Shown: positions 37,369 to 48,795, counted from the first letter of the stretch. The stretch is 64,000 nt of DNA from Deltaproteobacteria bacterium (GCA_016193465.1 JACPSE010000058.1:97-64096); one strand, 5' to 3'. Notes: generated by a model not told the origin, from the letters alone. Made by a program: numbers and translations.

Positions 37369-38094
37369 TTAAGACCTTACACGCTTCTTAAGCTCAGCCT
37401 CCGAAGGCCTGAGGTACAGGGGAATCATCGTACCCACTGAATCGAACTCCTGTCTTCTAACTCTTGCCTCTCCCAATTGAGCGACTGCGCATGCTGTCGA
37501 GGGGTAGGCCTCCCCTAGAGTTAAAAAGCCCCTGTCGGCCAACGCGGTAGTAATCAGGTTGCCGTAAGCTTTGATCCCGTCACCTATGAATAGGCAGGGC
37601 TCTGAGTGCCCAAGAACCGCCGCCCTGTCGATAATCGCGTCAGGGGAAGAAACGAGATCTTCGGTCAGGCGCTCCAAAGCTCCATCTCTCCTCCGGAACA
37701 GAGCAGCGTAAACCTCTTTTTTACGGGCATCGAGAAAGGGACAAACCAAACCCTCCCAGCCGGTTACCCTGGTTGCTATGGCCGGCAGGGTCGGAACTCC
37801 AACAACGGGGATCTCCCATCCGTAAGCTAGACCCTTCACTGTACTCAATCCAATTCTGAGTCCGGTAAAAGAACCCGGACCTAGAGAGACTGCAAAGGCA
37901 GATATCTCAGATAATGATAGACTCGCCCTGCTTAGAACCGCATCGATCAACGGCAGGAGGATTTCCGCATGATTACCGCGCGCCCCTGGCCCGCCCTGTT
38001 TTGGGGCGGAACGCGCCTCTTCTAAAATCAGCTTCCCTTCTTCTACGATAGCTACACTCGCTGTTGCCGTGGCCGTGTCGATTCCGAGAATCAT
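37369..38094 (-). CDS. tsaB: tRNA threonylcarbamoyladenosine biosynthesis protein TsaB
   Basis: ILGIDTAT, GPGSFTGLRIG, DARKKEVY, PLYLR. Confidence 0.96.
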   Translation of the reverse strand: MILGIDTATATASVAIVEEGKLILEEARSAPKQGGPGARGNHAEILLPLIDAVLSRASLSLSEISAFAVSLGPGSFTGLRIGLSTVKGLAYGWEIPVVGVPTLPAIATRVTGWEGLVCPFLDARKKEVYAALFRRRDGALERLTEDLVSSPDAIIDRAAVLGHSEPCLFIGDGIKAYGNLITTALADRGFLTLGEAYPSTACAVAQLGEARVRRQEFDSVGTMIPLYLRPSEAELKKRVRS

Positions 38095-38105
38095 AAAAAG
38101 CACTT

Positions 38106-38179
38106 AGCTCTCAGCATTCAGCTATCAGCCCCCGCCTCTCCCTCTTAGCTGATCGCTGACGGCTGATGGCTGGCAGCTA
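38106..38179. repeat. palindrome of 7-mer repeats (TCAGC / GCTGA type)
   Basis: agctctcagcattcagctatcagc...agctgatcgctgacggctgatggctggcagct. Confidence 0.8.
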
Positions 38180-39250
38180 TCCTTCAAAAAACCTGGCGAT
38201 ATCTCTATAAAAAGCATAGATCATAATAAGGCCTAGAATAAAAATGCCGACCTGTTGAGCCCTTTCTCGGTGTTTGAGTTTGACCGGCTTGCCTAGGATC
38301 AATTCGAAGAGAAAAAAGAGCAAATGTCCGCCGTCCAGGACAGGAATGGGCAAAAGATTCAGTACCCCGAGGTTGATGCTTAGTATGGCGACAAAAAACA
38401 AAAAGCTCCCCAGCCCCTCTCGCGCCTGCTGGCCCGCCATTTGCGCGATCAAGAGAGGTCCCCCAAGATTCCTGGGAGAGACTTCGCCTTTTATCATCTT
38501 GAAAAGAGCAAGCACAGTCAAAACCGAATACTCTCCGGTTGCGTAAAAGGCCTGTCCTACCGCGAGCACGGGATTGACTTTCTCAACAGCAACTTCGCCG
38601 CTTGCTATTCCAATCACCCAGATTTCTGTTTGCTCTCCAAAGATGTTTCTTCCCTCCCTCTTGATCGGCTGAATGATAAGCTCCAGCTCATGGCTGTCCC
38701 TCTGAAGTCGAACTTTCAAGGCCCTGCCTTGACTCTCCTTGATCTTGCTGGAAAGGTCCTCCCACTTTTTTACCTCCCGGCCGTCAACGCCTACAATCCG
38801 GTCTCCCTTTTGCACGCCTGCCCGTGCGGCCGGCGAATTTGGCTCCACAGCGCCCACCTGTGTCGTTAGAAAGCGTATGCCTAAGAAGATGAAAATGCAG
38901 GCAAAGATCACGACCGCCAGGAGCAGGTTAAATACCGGGCCGGCCGCCACGATAGCCGCGCGCTTGGCAAGCCCTTGATGAGAGAAAGATCGCTGCGTGT
39001 CCCCTGCCTGGACTTCCTCCTCGGGGTCTTCTCCTACCATTTTGACATATCCCCCCAAGGGAAAGGCGCTTACCAGGTACTCGGTCTCGCCGACTCTTCG
39101 CCCCAATAACCTCGGGCCAAAACCGATAGAAAAGGTGAGAACTCCTACGCCTGTTTTTTTTGCTAAAAGAAAGTGACCCAACTCGTGGATAATGATCAAA
39201 ATCCCCAGACCTACGAGGGCTGCCACAACCGCATGAATAATATTCACCAT
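38177..39250 (-). CDS. rseP: RIP metalloprotease RseP
   Basis: HELGH, PDZ domain, NLLPIPVLDGGH. Confidence 0.97.
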   Translation of the reverse strand: MVNIIHAVVAALVGLGILIIIHELGHFLLAKKTGVGVLTFSIGFGPRLLGRRVGETEYLVSAFPLGGYVKMVGEDPEEEVQAGDTQRSFSHQGLAKRAAIVAAGPVFNLLLAVVIFACIFIFLGIRFLTTQVGAVEPNSPAARAGVQKGDRIVGVDGREVKKWEDLSSKIKESQGRALKVRLQRDSHELELIIQPIKREGRNIFGEQTEIWVIGIASGEVAVEKVNPVLAVGQAFYATGEYSVLTVLALFKMIKGEVSPRNLGGPLLIAQMAGQQAREGLGSFLFFVAILSINLGVLNLLPIPVLDGGHLLFFLFELILGKPVKLKHRERAQQVGIFILGLIMIYAFYRDIARFFEG

Positions 39251-39263
39251 TGTCCTTTCTCCT

Positions 39264-40418
39264 TTACGCTCTCTCGATAAGCGCCAACGCTTTGTCCCGC
39301 GCCCACCGATCCACCTCCAGGATCTCCTGCACCTCTCCCGGGCGTCGCGTGGCGTGCGCCTCCATGGTCCTTTCGATGACTCGATGAATCTTACGAAAGC
39401 CGATGCGCTTTTCTAAGAAGGCGGCGACGGCGACCTCATTTGCCGCATTGAGAACCGCAGGCATGGTCCCCCCCGCCGCCAGTGCTTGATAGGCCAGATT
39501 CAGGGCCGGGAATCTCCTCTTCTCCACAGGGGAAAAAGTCAGCTCACCCAGCCGGGTTAACTCCAACCGGCGGCAGTTCACCTTCAACCGATGAGGGTAG
39601 GAAAGGGCGTAGGCAATGGGTATGCGCATATCCGGAATTCCCATCTGGGCGATGATGGACCCATCCTGGTAGCGGACCATAGAGTGGACGATACTCTGCG
39701 GATGAATCACTACTTCTACCTGCGACGGCAGCATATCGAATAACCATCGAGCCTCTACGACTTCCAGCCCTTTGTTCATCATCGTCGCCGAGTCGACAGT
39801 AATCTTCGGCCCCATCTTCCAGTTCGGGTGCCTCAAGGCTTGCTGCACCGTGACATGATCCAACGCCCTGAGAGAGACATGGAGAAAGGGTCCTCCGGAA
39901 GCGGTGAGGATCAGGCGATCCACCTCTTCCAGGCGGTTTCCCTGCAGGCATTGGAAGATGGCGCTGTGTTCGCTGTCCACAGGAAGAAGCCGCGACCCTT
40001 TTTTCTTCGCCTCCCGAACAAAGATCTCCCCAGCCATGACCAGGGCCTCTTTGTTGGCAAGGGCCACTTCCTTCCCCGCGCGTACCGCCGCCAAGGTCGG
40101 CACCAAACCGGCGCCCCCGACAATCGCTGCGACCACGACGTCCACTGCGTTCGCGGTAGCTACAACGGTGGCGCCGTGCTCTCCCCACAGGATCTCTGTT
40201 TTCTGATCGCCCAGAGTCTTGCGCAAGAGAGGAACTCCCTCTTGCTCCTTGACGCTGACCCATTGCGGAGCGAACTCTTTGATTTGGGCGGCGAGGAGTT
40301 TGAGATTGCGACCGGCAACAAGGCCCCGGACCCTAAACTCATCCGGGAAGCGGCGCGCCAAATCCAGCGTGCTAACCCCGATCGAGCCGGTGGAGCCCAG
40401 CACTACGATCGACTTCAT
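39264..40418 (-). CDS. dxr: 1-deoxy-D-xylulose 5-phosphate reductoisomerase
   Basis: LGSTGSIG, ALANKE, PVDSEH, HPNWKMG, NAANE. Confidence 0.98.
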   Translation of the reverse strand: MKSIVVLGSTGSIGVSTLDLARRFPDEFRVRGLVAGRNLKLLAAQIKEFAPQWVSVKEQEGVPLLRKTLGDQKTEILWGEHGATVVATANAVDVVVAAIVGGAGLVPTLAAVRAGKEVALANKEALVMAGEIFVREAKKKGSRLLPVDSEHSAIFQCLQGNRLEEVDRLILTASGGPFLHVSLRALDHVTVQQALRHPNWKMGPKITVDSATMMNKGLEVVEARWLFDMLPSQVEVVIHPQSIVHSMVRYQDGSIIAQMGIPDMRIPIAYALSYPHRLKVNCRRLELTRLGELTFSPVEKRRFPALNLAYQALAAGGTMPAVLNAANEVAVAAFLEKRIGFRKIHRVIERTMEAHATRRPGEVQEILEVDRWARDKALALIERA

Positions 40419-41221
40419 GGGTGCAGCAACCTCAGATAATAGGTGGTGAACACGACTGGGAATATAAGACTATCCATTCGATCCAGCAACCCGCCATGGC
40501 CGGGAAGGAGGGAGCCCGAATCCTTGACAGAAAAGACCCGCTTGATCCACGATTCAAAGAGGTCCCCTACCTGACCGAGAATGCTCAGAACAAGCGAGAG
40601 CGGTAGGATTTCCACCCAAGGGATCGCCGGCAGCAAAAAAATCCCTCCAAGGATCCCCGCAAGCACGCTGGCTGCCAGGGAAGCGATCGCCCCTTCCACG
40701 GTCTTGCCAGGACTGATCTCAGGATACAGCTTGTTCTTGCCGATGGCATTACCCGCGAAATAGCCCGCCGTATCTCCTGTCATAATCACCAGAAAGAGAA
40801 AAAAGACCCACGCCCTGCCATCCCGAGACTGGTAGAGTAGAGCCAGATGGGGAACCAGATAGCCGATGTAGAGAACTCCCAGGAGGGTCCAGCTCAGGTG
40901 TTGGTATCTCTTTTCCAGCTCGCCGCCAGGAAAAAGATACGTCGAGAAGATCAGGAGGATTACAATGCCCAGGGACAACCCAGGCTCAGGGGCACCCGGG
41001 ATGACAATACCAAGGGACAACAACGCCCCCAGGGCTATGCCGAGGGTCCGCTCTTTCGGGCGGTCGCGAAAGACGATGAAGAAATACTCCCACAGGGCGA
41101 TGGCGGTAGCCAAAAAAACCAGCAGCGAGAAATGGCCTGCTCGACCCCAACCGATGATCAAGATCAAAAGGGGGACCCCCACCGAGGCGGTTATCACCCT
41201 GGACCGGATCTGCGTGTTCAC
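40415..41221 (-). CDS. cdsA: phosphatidate cytidylyltransferase
   Basis: SPGKTVEG, GDLFESWIKR..KDSG..PGHGGLLDRMD. Confidence 0.96.
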   Translation of the reverse strand: MNTQIRSRVITASVGVPLLILIIGWGRAGHFSLLVFLATAIALWEYFFIVFRDRPKERTLGIALGALLSLGIVIPGAPEPGLSLGIVILLIFSTYLFPGGELEKRYQHLSWTLLGVLYIGYLVPHLALLYQSRDGRAWVFFLFLVIMTGDTAGYFAGNAIGKNKLYPEISPGKTVEGAIASLAASVLAGILGGIFLLPAIPWVEILPLSLVLSILGQVGDLFESWIKRVFSVKDSGSLLPGHGGLLDRMDSLIFPVVFTTYYLRLLHP

Positions 41222-41985
41222 CGGTTCCTGCCCACGGAGCGAAGAGGCTGTGCAATCTGTTCATCGGTACGGCCGAATCTCCTGCGGCGGCGTTGAAACT
41301 CCAAGAGCGCCTCAAGATATTCTGCTTCACGAAAATCTGGCCAGAGGGCAGGAGTGATGTAGAGTTCCGTGTAAGGAATCTGCCAGAGGAAGAAATTACT
41401 GATGCGCATCTCTCCGCTGGTGCGGATCAGAAGATCCGGATCCGGGATGGATTTCGTCTCCATGTGCGCGGAGACCATCTCCTCCTTGATGTCCTCCACA
41501 GCGCACACACCTTCCTTTACCTTTCGCGCTATGCGCTGAACCATCCTGACGATGTCGTCGCGACCGCTGTAGCTGAGAGCAAGCAGAACGGTCATTCCTT
41601 TGTTGTGCTGCGTTGCCTCGACGGCATGCTCCAGGGTCTGCAGCACCGGGACTGGAAGACGGCTCCTGTCGCCGATGGCGAGGAGACGGATACCGTGCCG
41701 CATCATCTTCGGTTGCTCCACCGTCAAGTAATGCTCGAGCAGGCCCATCAGCGCGTGCACCTCGTCCTTGGGCCTCAGCCAATTTTCGGTGGAAAAAGCG
41801 TAGAGAGAAAGATAGGGGATCCCCAGTTTACGGCTCATCTCCACGACCGCTCGGACCGACGCCCTACCCCGGCGGTGTCCCTCGATGCGCCCCTTGCCCC
41901 TTAAGCGGGCCCAACGTCCGTTGCCATCCATAATGATGGCCACATGTCCGGGCAACCGGCCCTTGTCTAAGCCCTTTAGATTCAT
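41218..41985 (-). CDS. uppS: undecaprenyl diphosphate synthase
   Basis: IMDGNGRWA, FSTENW, RTSGEMRISNF. Confidence 0.97.
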   Translation of the reverse strand: MNLKGLDKGRLPGHVAIIMDGNGRWARLRGKGRIEGHRRGRASVRAVVEMSRKLGIPYLSLYAFSTENWLRPKDEVHALMGLLEHYLTVEQPKMMRHGIRLLAIGDRSRLPVPVLQTLEHAVEATQHNKGMTVLLALSYSGRDDIVRMVQRIARKVKEGVCAVEDIKEEMVSAHMETKSIPDPDLLIRTSGEMRISNFFLWQIPYTELYITPALWPDFREAEYLEALLEFQRRRRRFGRTDEQIAQPLRSVGRNR

Positions 41986-42023
41986 GCTGGATTGTGAATG
42001 GCGGGAGGGAAATGAGGCAGACC

Positions 42024-42581
42024 TCAGACCTCCATGATTTCGTCTTCTTTGGTCTTCAGTACCTTGTCGATCCTGCCGATGAAGTCATCGGTAATTTTTT
42101 GAACTCGATCCTGATTATGTTTGAGATCGTCCTCGGTAATCTCCTTATTTTTGGTGATCTCCTTGAGTTTCTCAATCGTGAGCCGCCTGTGGTTGCGGAT
42201 GGAGACGCGGAACTCTTCCGCTACTTTCTTCACGTGCCTGACCAGTTCCTTGCGTCTCTCCTCGGTCAATTCAGGGATGGGAATCCGGATCACTTTCCCG
42301 TCGTTGTTGGGCGTCAACCCCAGACCCGCTTTAAGGATGCCCTTTTCGATGTTGCCGATGGCCCCTTTGTCGTAGGGCTGAACTACTAACAGGCGCGCTT
42401 CCGGAGCACCCAGGTTGGCTAGCTGATTGATAGGAGTCGGGCTGCCGTAGTAATCCACCATAACCCCCTCCAGCAGCGCGGTCGAGGCCCTTCCCGTTCG
42501 CACCTTCGCAAGGTCTTTGCGAAAGGCCACCACGGACTTTTCCATTTCTTTCTGGACCTCAGTAAAAAAACCCTCGTTCAT
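42024..42581 (-). CDS. frr: ribosome recycling factor
   Basis: [18 protein letters not shown]. Confidence 0.97.
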   Translation of the reverse strand: MNEGFFTEVQKEMEKSVVAFRKDLAKVRTGRASTALLEGVMVDYYGSPTPINQLANLGAPEARLLVVQPYDKGAIGNIEKGILKAGLGLTPNNDGKVIRIPIPELTEERRKELVRHVKKVAEEFRVSIRNHRRLTIEKLKEITKNKEITEDDLKHNQDRVQKITDDFIGRIDKVLKTKEDEIMEV

Positions 42582-43309
42582 CTCTTACCTGCGCTCACCA
42601 GGGTGCCGATCCCTTCACCACGGACAACTCTCTTAATATTGCCCTTCTCCATAATGTTGAAGACGACGATGGGCAACTGGTTGTCCATGCAAAGAGAGAT
42701 CGCGGTGGAGTCCATGACCTTGAGTTCTTTATTCAGCACCTCGATATAGGTCAACTCCCCGTACATCTTGGCCCCCTCATGCTTCAGGGGGTCAGCATCG
42801 TAGACCCCTTTTACTTTGGTCGCCTTGAGAATTACGTCGGCGCCGATTTCCATGGCTCGAAGGCTGGCCGTGGTATCGGTCGTGAAATAGGGGTTGCCGG
42901 TCCCGCCGGCGAAGATCACGACCCGTCCTTTTTCCAGATGCCGGGTCGCCCGGCGTCGAATATAGGGCTCCGCCACTTGACGCATTTCTATCGCAGACAT
43001 AACCCGGGTCGAGACGCCGCTCTTCTCCAGGGCATCTTGCAGGGCAAGACTGTTGATGACCGTAGCCAGCATTCCCATGTAGTCCGCAGTGGCCCGCTCC
43101 ATTCCGCCCTCGCTCGCCTCCGCGCCGCGAAGGATGTTCCCTCCGCCGATGACCAAGGCCATCTCACAGCCCATTTCTTTGACCTCTTTGATTTCTTCGG
43201 CAAAGGCCCGCACCATTTTGGAGTCAATCCCGTATTTTTGCGCGCCTGCGAGGACCTCACCGGTAACCTTCAAGATGACCCGCTTATATTTTAGTTTCGC
43301 ACCACCCAT
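42578..43309 (-). CDS. pyrH: uridylate kinase
   Basis: [21 protein letters not shown]. Confidence 0.98.
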   Translation of the reverse strand: MGGAKLKYKRVILKVTGEVLAGAQKYGIDSKMVRAFAEEIKEVKEMGCEMALVIGGGNILRGAEASEGGMERATADYMGMLATVINSLALQDALEKSGVSTRVMSAIEMRQVAEPYIRRRATRHLEKGRVVIFAGGTGNPYFTTDTTASLRAMEIGADVILKATKVKGVYDADPLKHEGAKMYGELTYIEVLNKELKVMDSTAISLCMDNQLPIVVFNIMEKGNIKRVVRGEGIGTLVSAGKR

Positions 43310-43319
43310 TCCAAGCCGC

Positions 43320-43928
43320 CTATCCCCTTTCTACTCCCTCGCCGAGGTGGTAGCGGGCGAAACGGCGTACTTGGATGTTTTCCTGTAGTTTTGCCACAGT
43401 GTCTTTCATCAAATCCCCCACCTTGCGATCCGGATCCTTGATAAAAGCCTGTTCGAGCAGACAGAACTCGGAATAAAACCGCTCCATCTTCCCTTCCACG
43501 ATCTTGTCGATCACTTTCTCCGGTTTCCCCGAATCCGCCGCTTGACGCCGATAGATTTCCCTTTCCCTCTCCAGCTCCTCGGGGGGAACGTCCTGCGGGC
43601 GAATATATCGGGGGTTCGTGGCCGCAATCTGCATGGCAATATCTTTCAATAGCGCTTGAAATTCTGCTGTTCGCGCTACGAAGTCCGTCTCGCAGTTCAG
43701 CTCAACCAAGACACCGATCTTCCCGCCCGCATGGATGTACGCCCCCACCAGTCCTTCGGCCGCCACACGGCCCATTTTCTTTGCCGCAGCCGCCAGACCT
43801 TTGCGACGCAGGTAATCCACCGCCTTTTCCAGGTCCCCCCCAGACTCAGCCAGCGCCTTTTTGCAATCCATGATGCCGGCGCCGGTCTTTTCCCGCAGCT
43901 CTCTAACTGAAGCGGCATGCACTTCCAT
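43320..43928 (-). CDS. tsf: translation elongation factor Ts (short form)
   Basis: [24 protein letters not shown]. Confidence 0.98.
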   Translation of the reverse strand: MEVHAASVRELREKTGAGIMDCKKALAESGGDLEKAVDYLRRKGLAAAAKKMGRVAAEGLVGAYIHAGGKIGVLVELNCETDFVARTAEFQALLKDIAMQIAATNPRYIRPQDVPPEELEREREIYRRQAADSGKPEKVIDKIVEGKMERFYSEFCLLEQAFIKDPDRKVGDLMKDTVAKLQENIQVRRFARYHLGEGVERG

Positions 43929-43933
43929 CGAAA

Positions 43934-44725
43934 TTATATCCCTCCTGCCGCCGAGGTCACAGCAGGGTCAGCCTCAGCAGCCGCAGCCGTTGGCTCCGCT
44001 GTCTTCTCATCCTCTTTATCCTTTACCAAGGACTGCTCGTAGAGCGCTTTCCCTTCAACCACAGCGTCCGCGATGGCGGCGCAAAAGAGCCTGATCGCCC
44101 GTATGGCATCGTCGTTGCCGGGGACTTTGCAATCCACCATGTCTGGATCGCAATTAGTATCGATAACAGCCACCACGGGGATCCCCAGTTTTCTCGCCTC
44201 TTTAACCGCGATCTCTTCCTGGTTTGGATCAACCACAAAAATAGCGTCGGGAAGCTTTCTCATGCCCTTAATCCCGCCCAGGGCCTGCTCCAGTTTTTCT
44301 TTTTCGCGCCTCAGGCCCAACATCTCCTTCTTCGTCAGGGCCTCGACAATCTTGGGGTCGTTTTGCATCTCCTCAAGCCTTCGCAGCCGCTCGATGCTCT
44401 GGCGAATAGTTGCAAAGTTGGTAAGGGTCCCGCCCAGCCACCGGTTGTGGACATGGAACATCCCGCTCCGCTCTGCCTCCTCTTTGATCGCTTCCTGGGC
44501 CTGTTTTTTTGTCCCCACGAACAGAATATTTCCTCCGCCAGCGGCGAGGTCGCGGACAAAGGCGGCAACGCTTTTGAACATCGTGACCGTCTGCTGCAGA
44601 TCAATGATGTGAATGCCGTTACGGGCCCCAAAAATGTAGGGCTTCATCTTGGGATTCCAGCGGCTGGTCTGATGACCAAAGTGAACCCCTGCCTCCAAAA
44701 GCTGCTTCATGGATATCTCGGCCAT
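43934..44725 (-). CDS. rpsB: 30S ribosomal protein S2
   Basis: [35 protein letters not shown]. Confidence 0.98.
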   Translation of the reverse strand: MAEISMKQLLEAGVHFGHQTSRWNPKMKPYIFGARNGIHIIDLQQTVTMFKSVAAFVRDLAAGGGNILFVGTKKQAQEAIKEEAERSGMFHVHNRWLGGTLTNFATIRQSIERLRRLEEMQNDPKIVEALTKKEMLGLRREKEKLEQALGGIKGMRKLPDAIFVVDPNQEEIAVKEARKLGIPVVAVIDTNCDPDMVDCKVPGNDDAIRAIRLFCAAIADAVVEGKALYEQSLVKDKEDEKTAEPTAAAAEADPAVTSAAGGI

Positions 44726-44739
44726 AAACTACGCTCCTT

Positions 44740-44816
44740 TGGTTGTATCCTCCCCTTTCCTCACTTCCGCTCCTTACCCATCATGGGCACCAGGGAGAGG
44801 ATCAGAAAGGGTGTGA
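44740..44816 (-). ncRNA. rpsB leader (t44-like S2 autoregulatory RNA)
   Basis: CACAC..GGUGC..GGGU..GGAGGAUACAACC arrangement with pairing CCCUUUC/GAAAGGG, directly upstream of rpsB. Confidence 0.7.
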
Positions 44817-44960
44817 AATGACTCCCGGAAAGTCTCTGGCTCCCGGGATCCCAAACGCCCAATGGGCGTCCTGGGGCATCAATCAAAAAGACTTAACGAT
44901 CTTGCGGTTTTAACAAAGATCTGCAACCGGTGCAAGGCGGCGAAAAGGAAACAGGGCGGG

Positions 44961-46265
44961 TCATTGGTTCATGGATTCAAGGAACTCCTTGTTGTTCTTC
45001 GTCCCATGAATCTTGTCCAACAAAAACTCCATCGCCTCCACTACACTCAACTGCGATAAAACCTTCCGCAGTATCCAGATTCGATTCAGATCTTCCCTGG
45101 ATATCAAAAGCTCTTCTTTTCTCGTTCCCGACTTGTTGATGTCGATCGCCGGGAAAACCCGCTTATCCATCAGGCGTCGGTCCAAATGGATCTCCATGTT
45201 GCCGGTCCCCTTGAACTCTTCAAAGATCACCTCATCCATGCGGCTGCCGGTATCTATAAGGGCCGTCGCAATGATGGTGAGGCTCCCGCCGTCCTCGATG
45301 TTGCGAGCGGCCCCAAAAAACTTTTTCGGTTTATGCAGCGCATTGGAGTCCACCCCGCCGGATAGGATCTTGCCGCTCGGGGGCACCACCGTATTATAGG
45401 CCCGAGCCAAACGGGTGATGCTGTCGAGCAAGATCACCACGTCCTTTCCGTGTTCTACCAGCCGCTTGGCCTTTTCAATCACCATCTCGGCTACCTGAAC
45501 GTGGCGCGTTGCGGGTTCGTCAAAGGTTGAGCTGACGACTTCCCCGTCCACCGAGCGCTGCATATCGGTTACCTCTTCGGGCCGCTCGTCAATCAGAAGG
45601 ACAATCAGGATCACTTCTTTGTGGTTTTGGGCAAGGGCCTTAGCGATGCTCTGCAGCATCATCGTCTTACCTGTCCGAGGGGCAGCCACAATCAGCCCTC
45701 TCTGACCCTTGCCGATCGGAGTCAAGAGATCCACGACGCGTGTCGTGTATTCGTCAGGCTGGTATTCCAGTTTGAAGCGCTCATTGGGATAGAGGGGCGT
45801 GAGGTTATCGAAGAGAATTTTGTCCCTTGCCCTCTCGGGGTCTTCGTAGTTGATCGATTCCACTTTGGGCAGGGCAAAGTAGCGCTCGCCCTCTTTGGGG
45901 GGACGGATATGTCCCGAAATGATATCGCCCGTGCGGAGATTGAAGCGGCGTATCTGGCTGGGAGAGACATAAATATCGTCCGGACCAGGAAGGTAATTAT
46001 AGTCCGGGGCTCTGAGGAAACCGAAACCATCAGGGAGCGTCTCCAGCACCCCCTCCCCATAGATATAGCCGTTCTGCTCGGTCTGGGCCTGCAGGATGGC
46101 GAAGATCAGCTCCTGCTTGCGCATGTTGGCCGCGCCTTCGATATTGAAGTTTTTGCCGATAGTTGCCAGCTCGCTGATCCTCTTCTCTTTGAGCGACTTA
46201 AGATTTAACCCATTCTCCTCCACCACGTCCGACTCGGATCGAGTCCTCCCACGTACCATAACCAT
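44961..46265 (-). CDS. rho: transcription termination factor Rho
   Basis: [52 protein letters not shown]. Confidence 0.98.
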   Translation of the reverse strand: MVMVRGRTRSESDVVEENGLNLKSLKEKRISELATIGKNFNIEGAANMRKQELIFAILQAQTEQNGYIYGEGVLETLPDGFGFLRAPDYNYLPGPDDIYVSPSQIRRFNLRTGDIISGHIRPPKEGERYFALPKVESINYEDPERARDKILFDNLTPLYPNERFKLEYQPDEYTTRVVDLLTPIGKGQRGLIVAAPRTGKTMMLQSIAKALAQNHKEVILIVLLIDERPEEVTDMQRSVDGEVVSSTFDEPATRHVQVAEMVIEKAKRLVEHGKDVVILLDSITRLARAYNTVVPPSGKILSGGVDSNALHKPKKFFGAARNIEDGGSLTIIATALIDTGSRMDEVIFEEFKGTGNMEIHLDRRLMDKRVFPAIDINKSGTRKEELLISREDLNRIWILRKVLSQLSVVEAMEFLLDKIHGTKNNKEFLESMNQ

Positions 46266-46577
46266 GCGTCTCCTTTCATGCCCAAAAGTGAATTTTTCTA
46301 AAGCCCATCCTACCCTGCTTCATCCGTTCTACCGAACCCTCTAACCTCAACTCCCCGAGGCACGGACGTTTCCAAAACGCAACAATTGCCCTACGACTAC
46401 GATTAGGAGGTCCTGCTTACAGACGCGGTATTTCAAGACAACAAAGGTCGCAACACAGAAGTGAATCTTATGTTTGAAATCCAAATCAAAGGTTTAGGTC
46501 GGAATACAGTGAATGACAACCTTAGTGTGGGGTTAGCTCCAAAGAGTATCGCTGAATCAGGAAGCCGAAGATGCCCC

Positions 46578-46606
46578 ATCATAAAAAAAACAAACCTCCT
46601 TGTCAA
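46578..46606 (-). promoter_or_regulatory. sigma70 promoter for rho, TTGACA-N17-TATGAT
   Basis: Near-consensus hexamers; the -35 overlaps the rluD stop. Confidence 0.7.
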
Positions 46607-47637
46607 CCCCCCTCCCCCGCTTTTCTCCGGTCGCTGAGGGAACGGAGTTCCCTCAGAGAGTCCAAAAGCCGCTGCATGTCCAACGGCAGGGGGGCGGTGA
46701 ATTCGACCGCCAAACCAGTACGCGGATGGCTGAAACCGAGGCGCTCTGCGTGGAGGGCCTGACGCGGAAAATCGTCCAGAGCCGGCAGTCCCACCCGATC
46801 CCTGCCGAGCACGCCGCGCCTACGACCGTAGGTTCGGTCCCCGACCACGGGATATCCCTGGTCCGCGAGATGCACGCGGATCTGATGGGTGCGTCCGCTA
46901 TGAGGCCTGAGGCGCAACAAGGTGACCCAGCCATTTGCCTCCCTGGTTGCCCCCACACCAAAGGACTCTTTCACCTGCCATTCCGTTAAGGCCTCCCTCA
47001 AGCCGGGCAGGGAGTAAAGGCTCGACATCCTTTTTCGGTCGCTTCTGTGACGGCCGATGGGACGATTGACCGCTCCCCTCTTTGGATCAACCAGCCCCCA
47101 CACGAGGGCGAGATACTCTTTGAGAACGCGCCGTTCCTTAAACTGCAGAGCGATGTGGTGAAAGGCCTGTTCGTGCTTTGCAACAACCATGACGCCAGAC
47201 GTGTCCTTATCCAACCGATGGACAATTCCCGGACGCCGCTCTCCGCCAATACCCCTGAGATTTGGGCAGTGATAGAGGAGGGCATTCACTAACGTTCCGC
47301 TTCGCCTTCCGGCAGCCGGATGGACTACCATCCCGGCCGCCTTATTGATCACAATGCAATCCTCGTCTTCATAGATGATATCCAGCGGCAGCGCCTCTGG
47401 CGCTAACGCTGTCTCTCGTGGAGGTATCTGCTCAATCTCAATACAGTCGTTGGACTTGAGACGCGTGCTGGGTTTTGTTCTATTCCCGTTCAGGATGATC
47501 TGCCCCTCGGCAATCATCCTCTGGATGCCGGACCGGCTCCACCTTCCCGCCTGTGGAGCGTCAGGAAAATGACGCGTCAGGAAAAGATCCAGGCGCATGC
47601 CGACGTGCTCTTCATCCACAGCCAAACGGTTTAGCAC
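46603..47637 (-). CDS. rluD: RluA/RluD-family pseudouridine synthase
   Basis: S4 domain, NKAAGMVVHP, HRLDKDTSG, GRTHQIRVH, QALHA. Confidence 0.93.
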   Translation of the reverse strand: MLNRLAVDEEHVGMRLDLFLTRHFPDAPQAGRWSRSGIQRMIAEGQIILNGNRTKPSTRLKSNDCIEIEQIPPRETALAPEALPLDIIYEDEDCIVINKAAGMVVHPAAGRRSGTLVNALLYHCPNLRGIGGERRPGIVHRLDKDTSGVMVVAKHEQAFHHIALQFKERRVLKEYLALVWGLVDPKRGAVNRPIGRHRSDRKRMSSLYSLPGLREALTEWQVKESFGVGATREANGWVTLLRLRPHSGRTHQIRVHLADQGYPVVGDRTYGRRRGVLGRDRVGLPALDDFPRQALHAERLGFSHPRTGLAVEFTAPLPLDMQRLLDSLRELRSLSDRRKAGEGG

Positions 47638-47699
47638 AATGAAAATCTCAAAATGAAATTTAAATTTTGCAATTTGCCTTTTGCAATTTGCATTTTTTG

Positions 47700-48656
47700 C
47701 TACCTTGCCAGTCCTACCCGCTCGTGTTTTCGGCTCTGACTCAAGATCTGCTGGGCACTCAAGACATCTTTCTTCATCTGCTCCACTAGAGTCTCAGGTG
47801 AGGAAAACTTTCTCTCCTCTCGAATCCTCTTAACAAAAAACAATTTCACGGACCGGCCGTAGAGGTCTCCCGAAAAATCGAAAACATAGCTTTCAACGGT
47901 CCTCGGCGCGTCTCCAAAGGTCGGATTCACCCCGATGTTGGTAACGCTCTGCCACAGGCGCTCGCCCGCCTGCAAGAAAGTGGCATAGATGCCGTCCAAG
48001 GGGAGCACCTCCGTCCGCGGAACAATGTTGGCAGTTGGAAAACCGAGCTGGCGCCCTCTTTGATGGCCGGGAATCACCCGCCCCGAGACAAAATGGTAAC
48101 GGCCCAGAAACCGCTCAGCGTCTTGCACCTCACCCCGCTCAAGCATGGCCCTGATCCGGCTGCTGCTGACGCGCACCCCCCCCAGTTCCACCGGCTCTAC
48201 GATCCCGACTTCAAACCCACTGGCGTCGCCCCATCGCATGAGATCCTCCACCCGGCCCTTTCTCCCCTTACCGAACCTCAAGTCCCTTCCCACCCACATC
48301 TTACGAACCCGGAGGCGCTCGATTAAATAGCGGCGAACAAATGCGTCGGCCTCCATGCTCGCGAAGGCCCGATGGAAGGCCTGAATGATCGCCACATCCA
48401 CTCCAAAGGAATCGAGGAGGTTCATCTTGTCTTTATGCGTCAAGATCAGCCGGGGAGCGCGCTCAGGGGCCAGGAGCCTGAGTGGATGGGGCTCAAAGGT
48501 TAAAACCACCGAGCGGCCACCTAGCGCCTGAGCGTCCTGGACCACTCGTTGCAGCAGGGCTTGGTGGCCCAGGTGAATGCCGTCAAAGTTGCCCAGGGTC
48601 AGGACGGATTTCGCAATGGATAAGTTTCGATCCTCTATATGGCGAACGATCTCCAT
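47700..48656 (-). CDS. ribF: bifunctional riboflavin kinase/FAD synthetase
   Basis: GNFDGIHLGH, VSSSRIR, GFPTAN, NIGVNPT. Confidence 0.97.
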   Translation of the reverse strand: MEIVRHIEDRNLSIAKSVLTLGNFDGIHLGHQALLQRVVQDAQALGGRSVVLTFEPHPLRLLAPERAPRLILTHKDKMNLLDSFGVDVAIIQAFHRAFASMEADAFVRRYLIERLRVRKMWVGRDLRFGKGRKGRVEDLMRWGDASGFEVGIVEPVELGGVRVSSSRIRAMLERGEVQDAERFLGRYHFVSGRVIPGHQRGRQLGFPTANIVPRTEVLPLDGIYATFLQAGERLWQSVTNIGVNPTFGDAPRTVESYVFDFSGDLYGRSVKLFFVKRIREERKFSSPETLVEQMKKDVLSAQQILSQSRKHERVGLAR

Positions 48657-48669
48657 AGTTTTTAGAGAA

Positions 48670-48735
48670 GCTCTCAGCTACCAGCGCCCAGCTTCTATGC
48701 ACCCGCTGATTGCTGACGGCTGAATGCTGATGGCT
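48670..48735. repeat. palindrome of 7-mer repeats (CAGC / GCTGA type)
   Basis: agctctcagctaccagcgcccagc...gctgattgctgacggctgaatgctgatggct. Confidence 0.75.
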
Positions 48736-48795
48736 GGCGCAAGGTGATTAAAAAAACTCAGAGGTGGTTTTCCAGGACTCGGAGTATGCTAGGGG

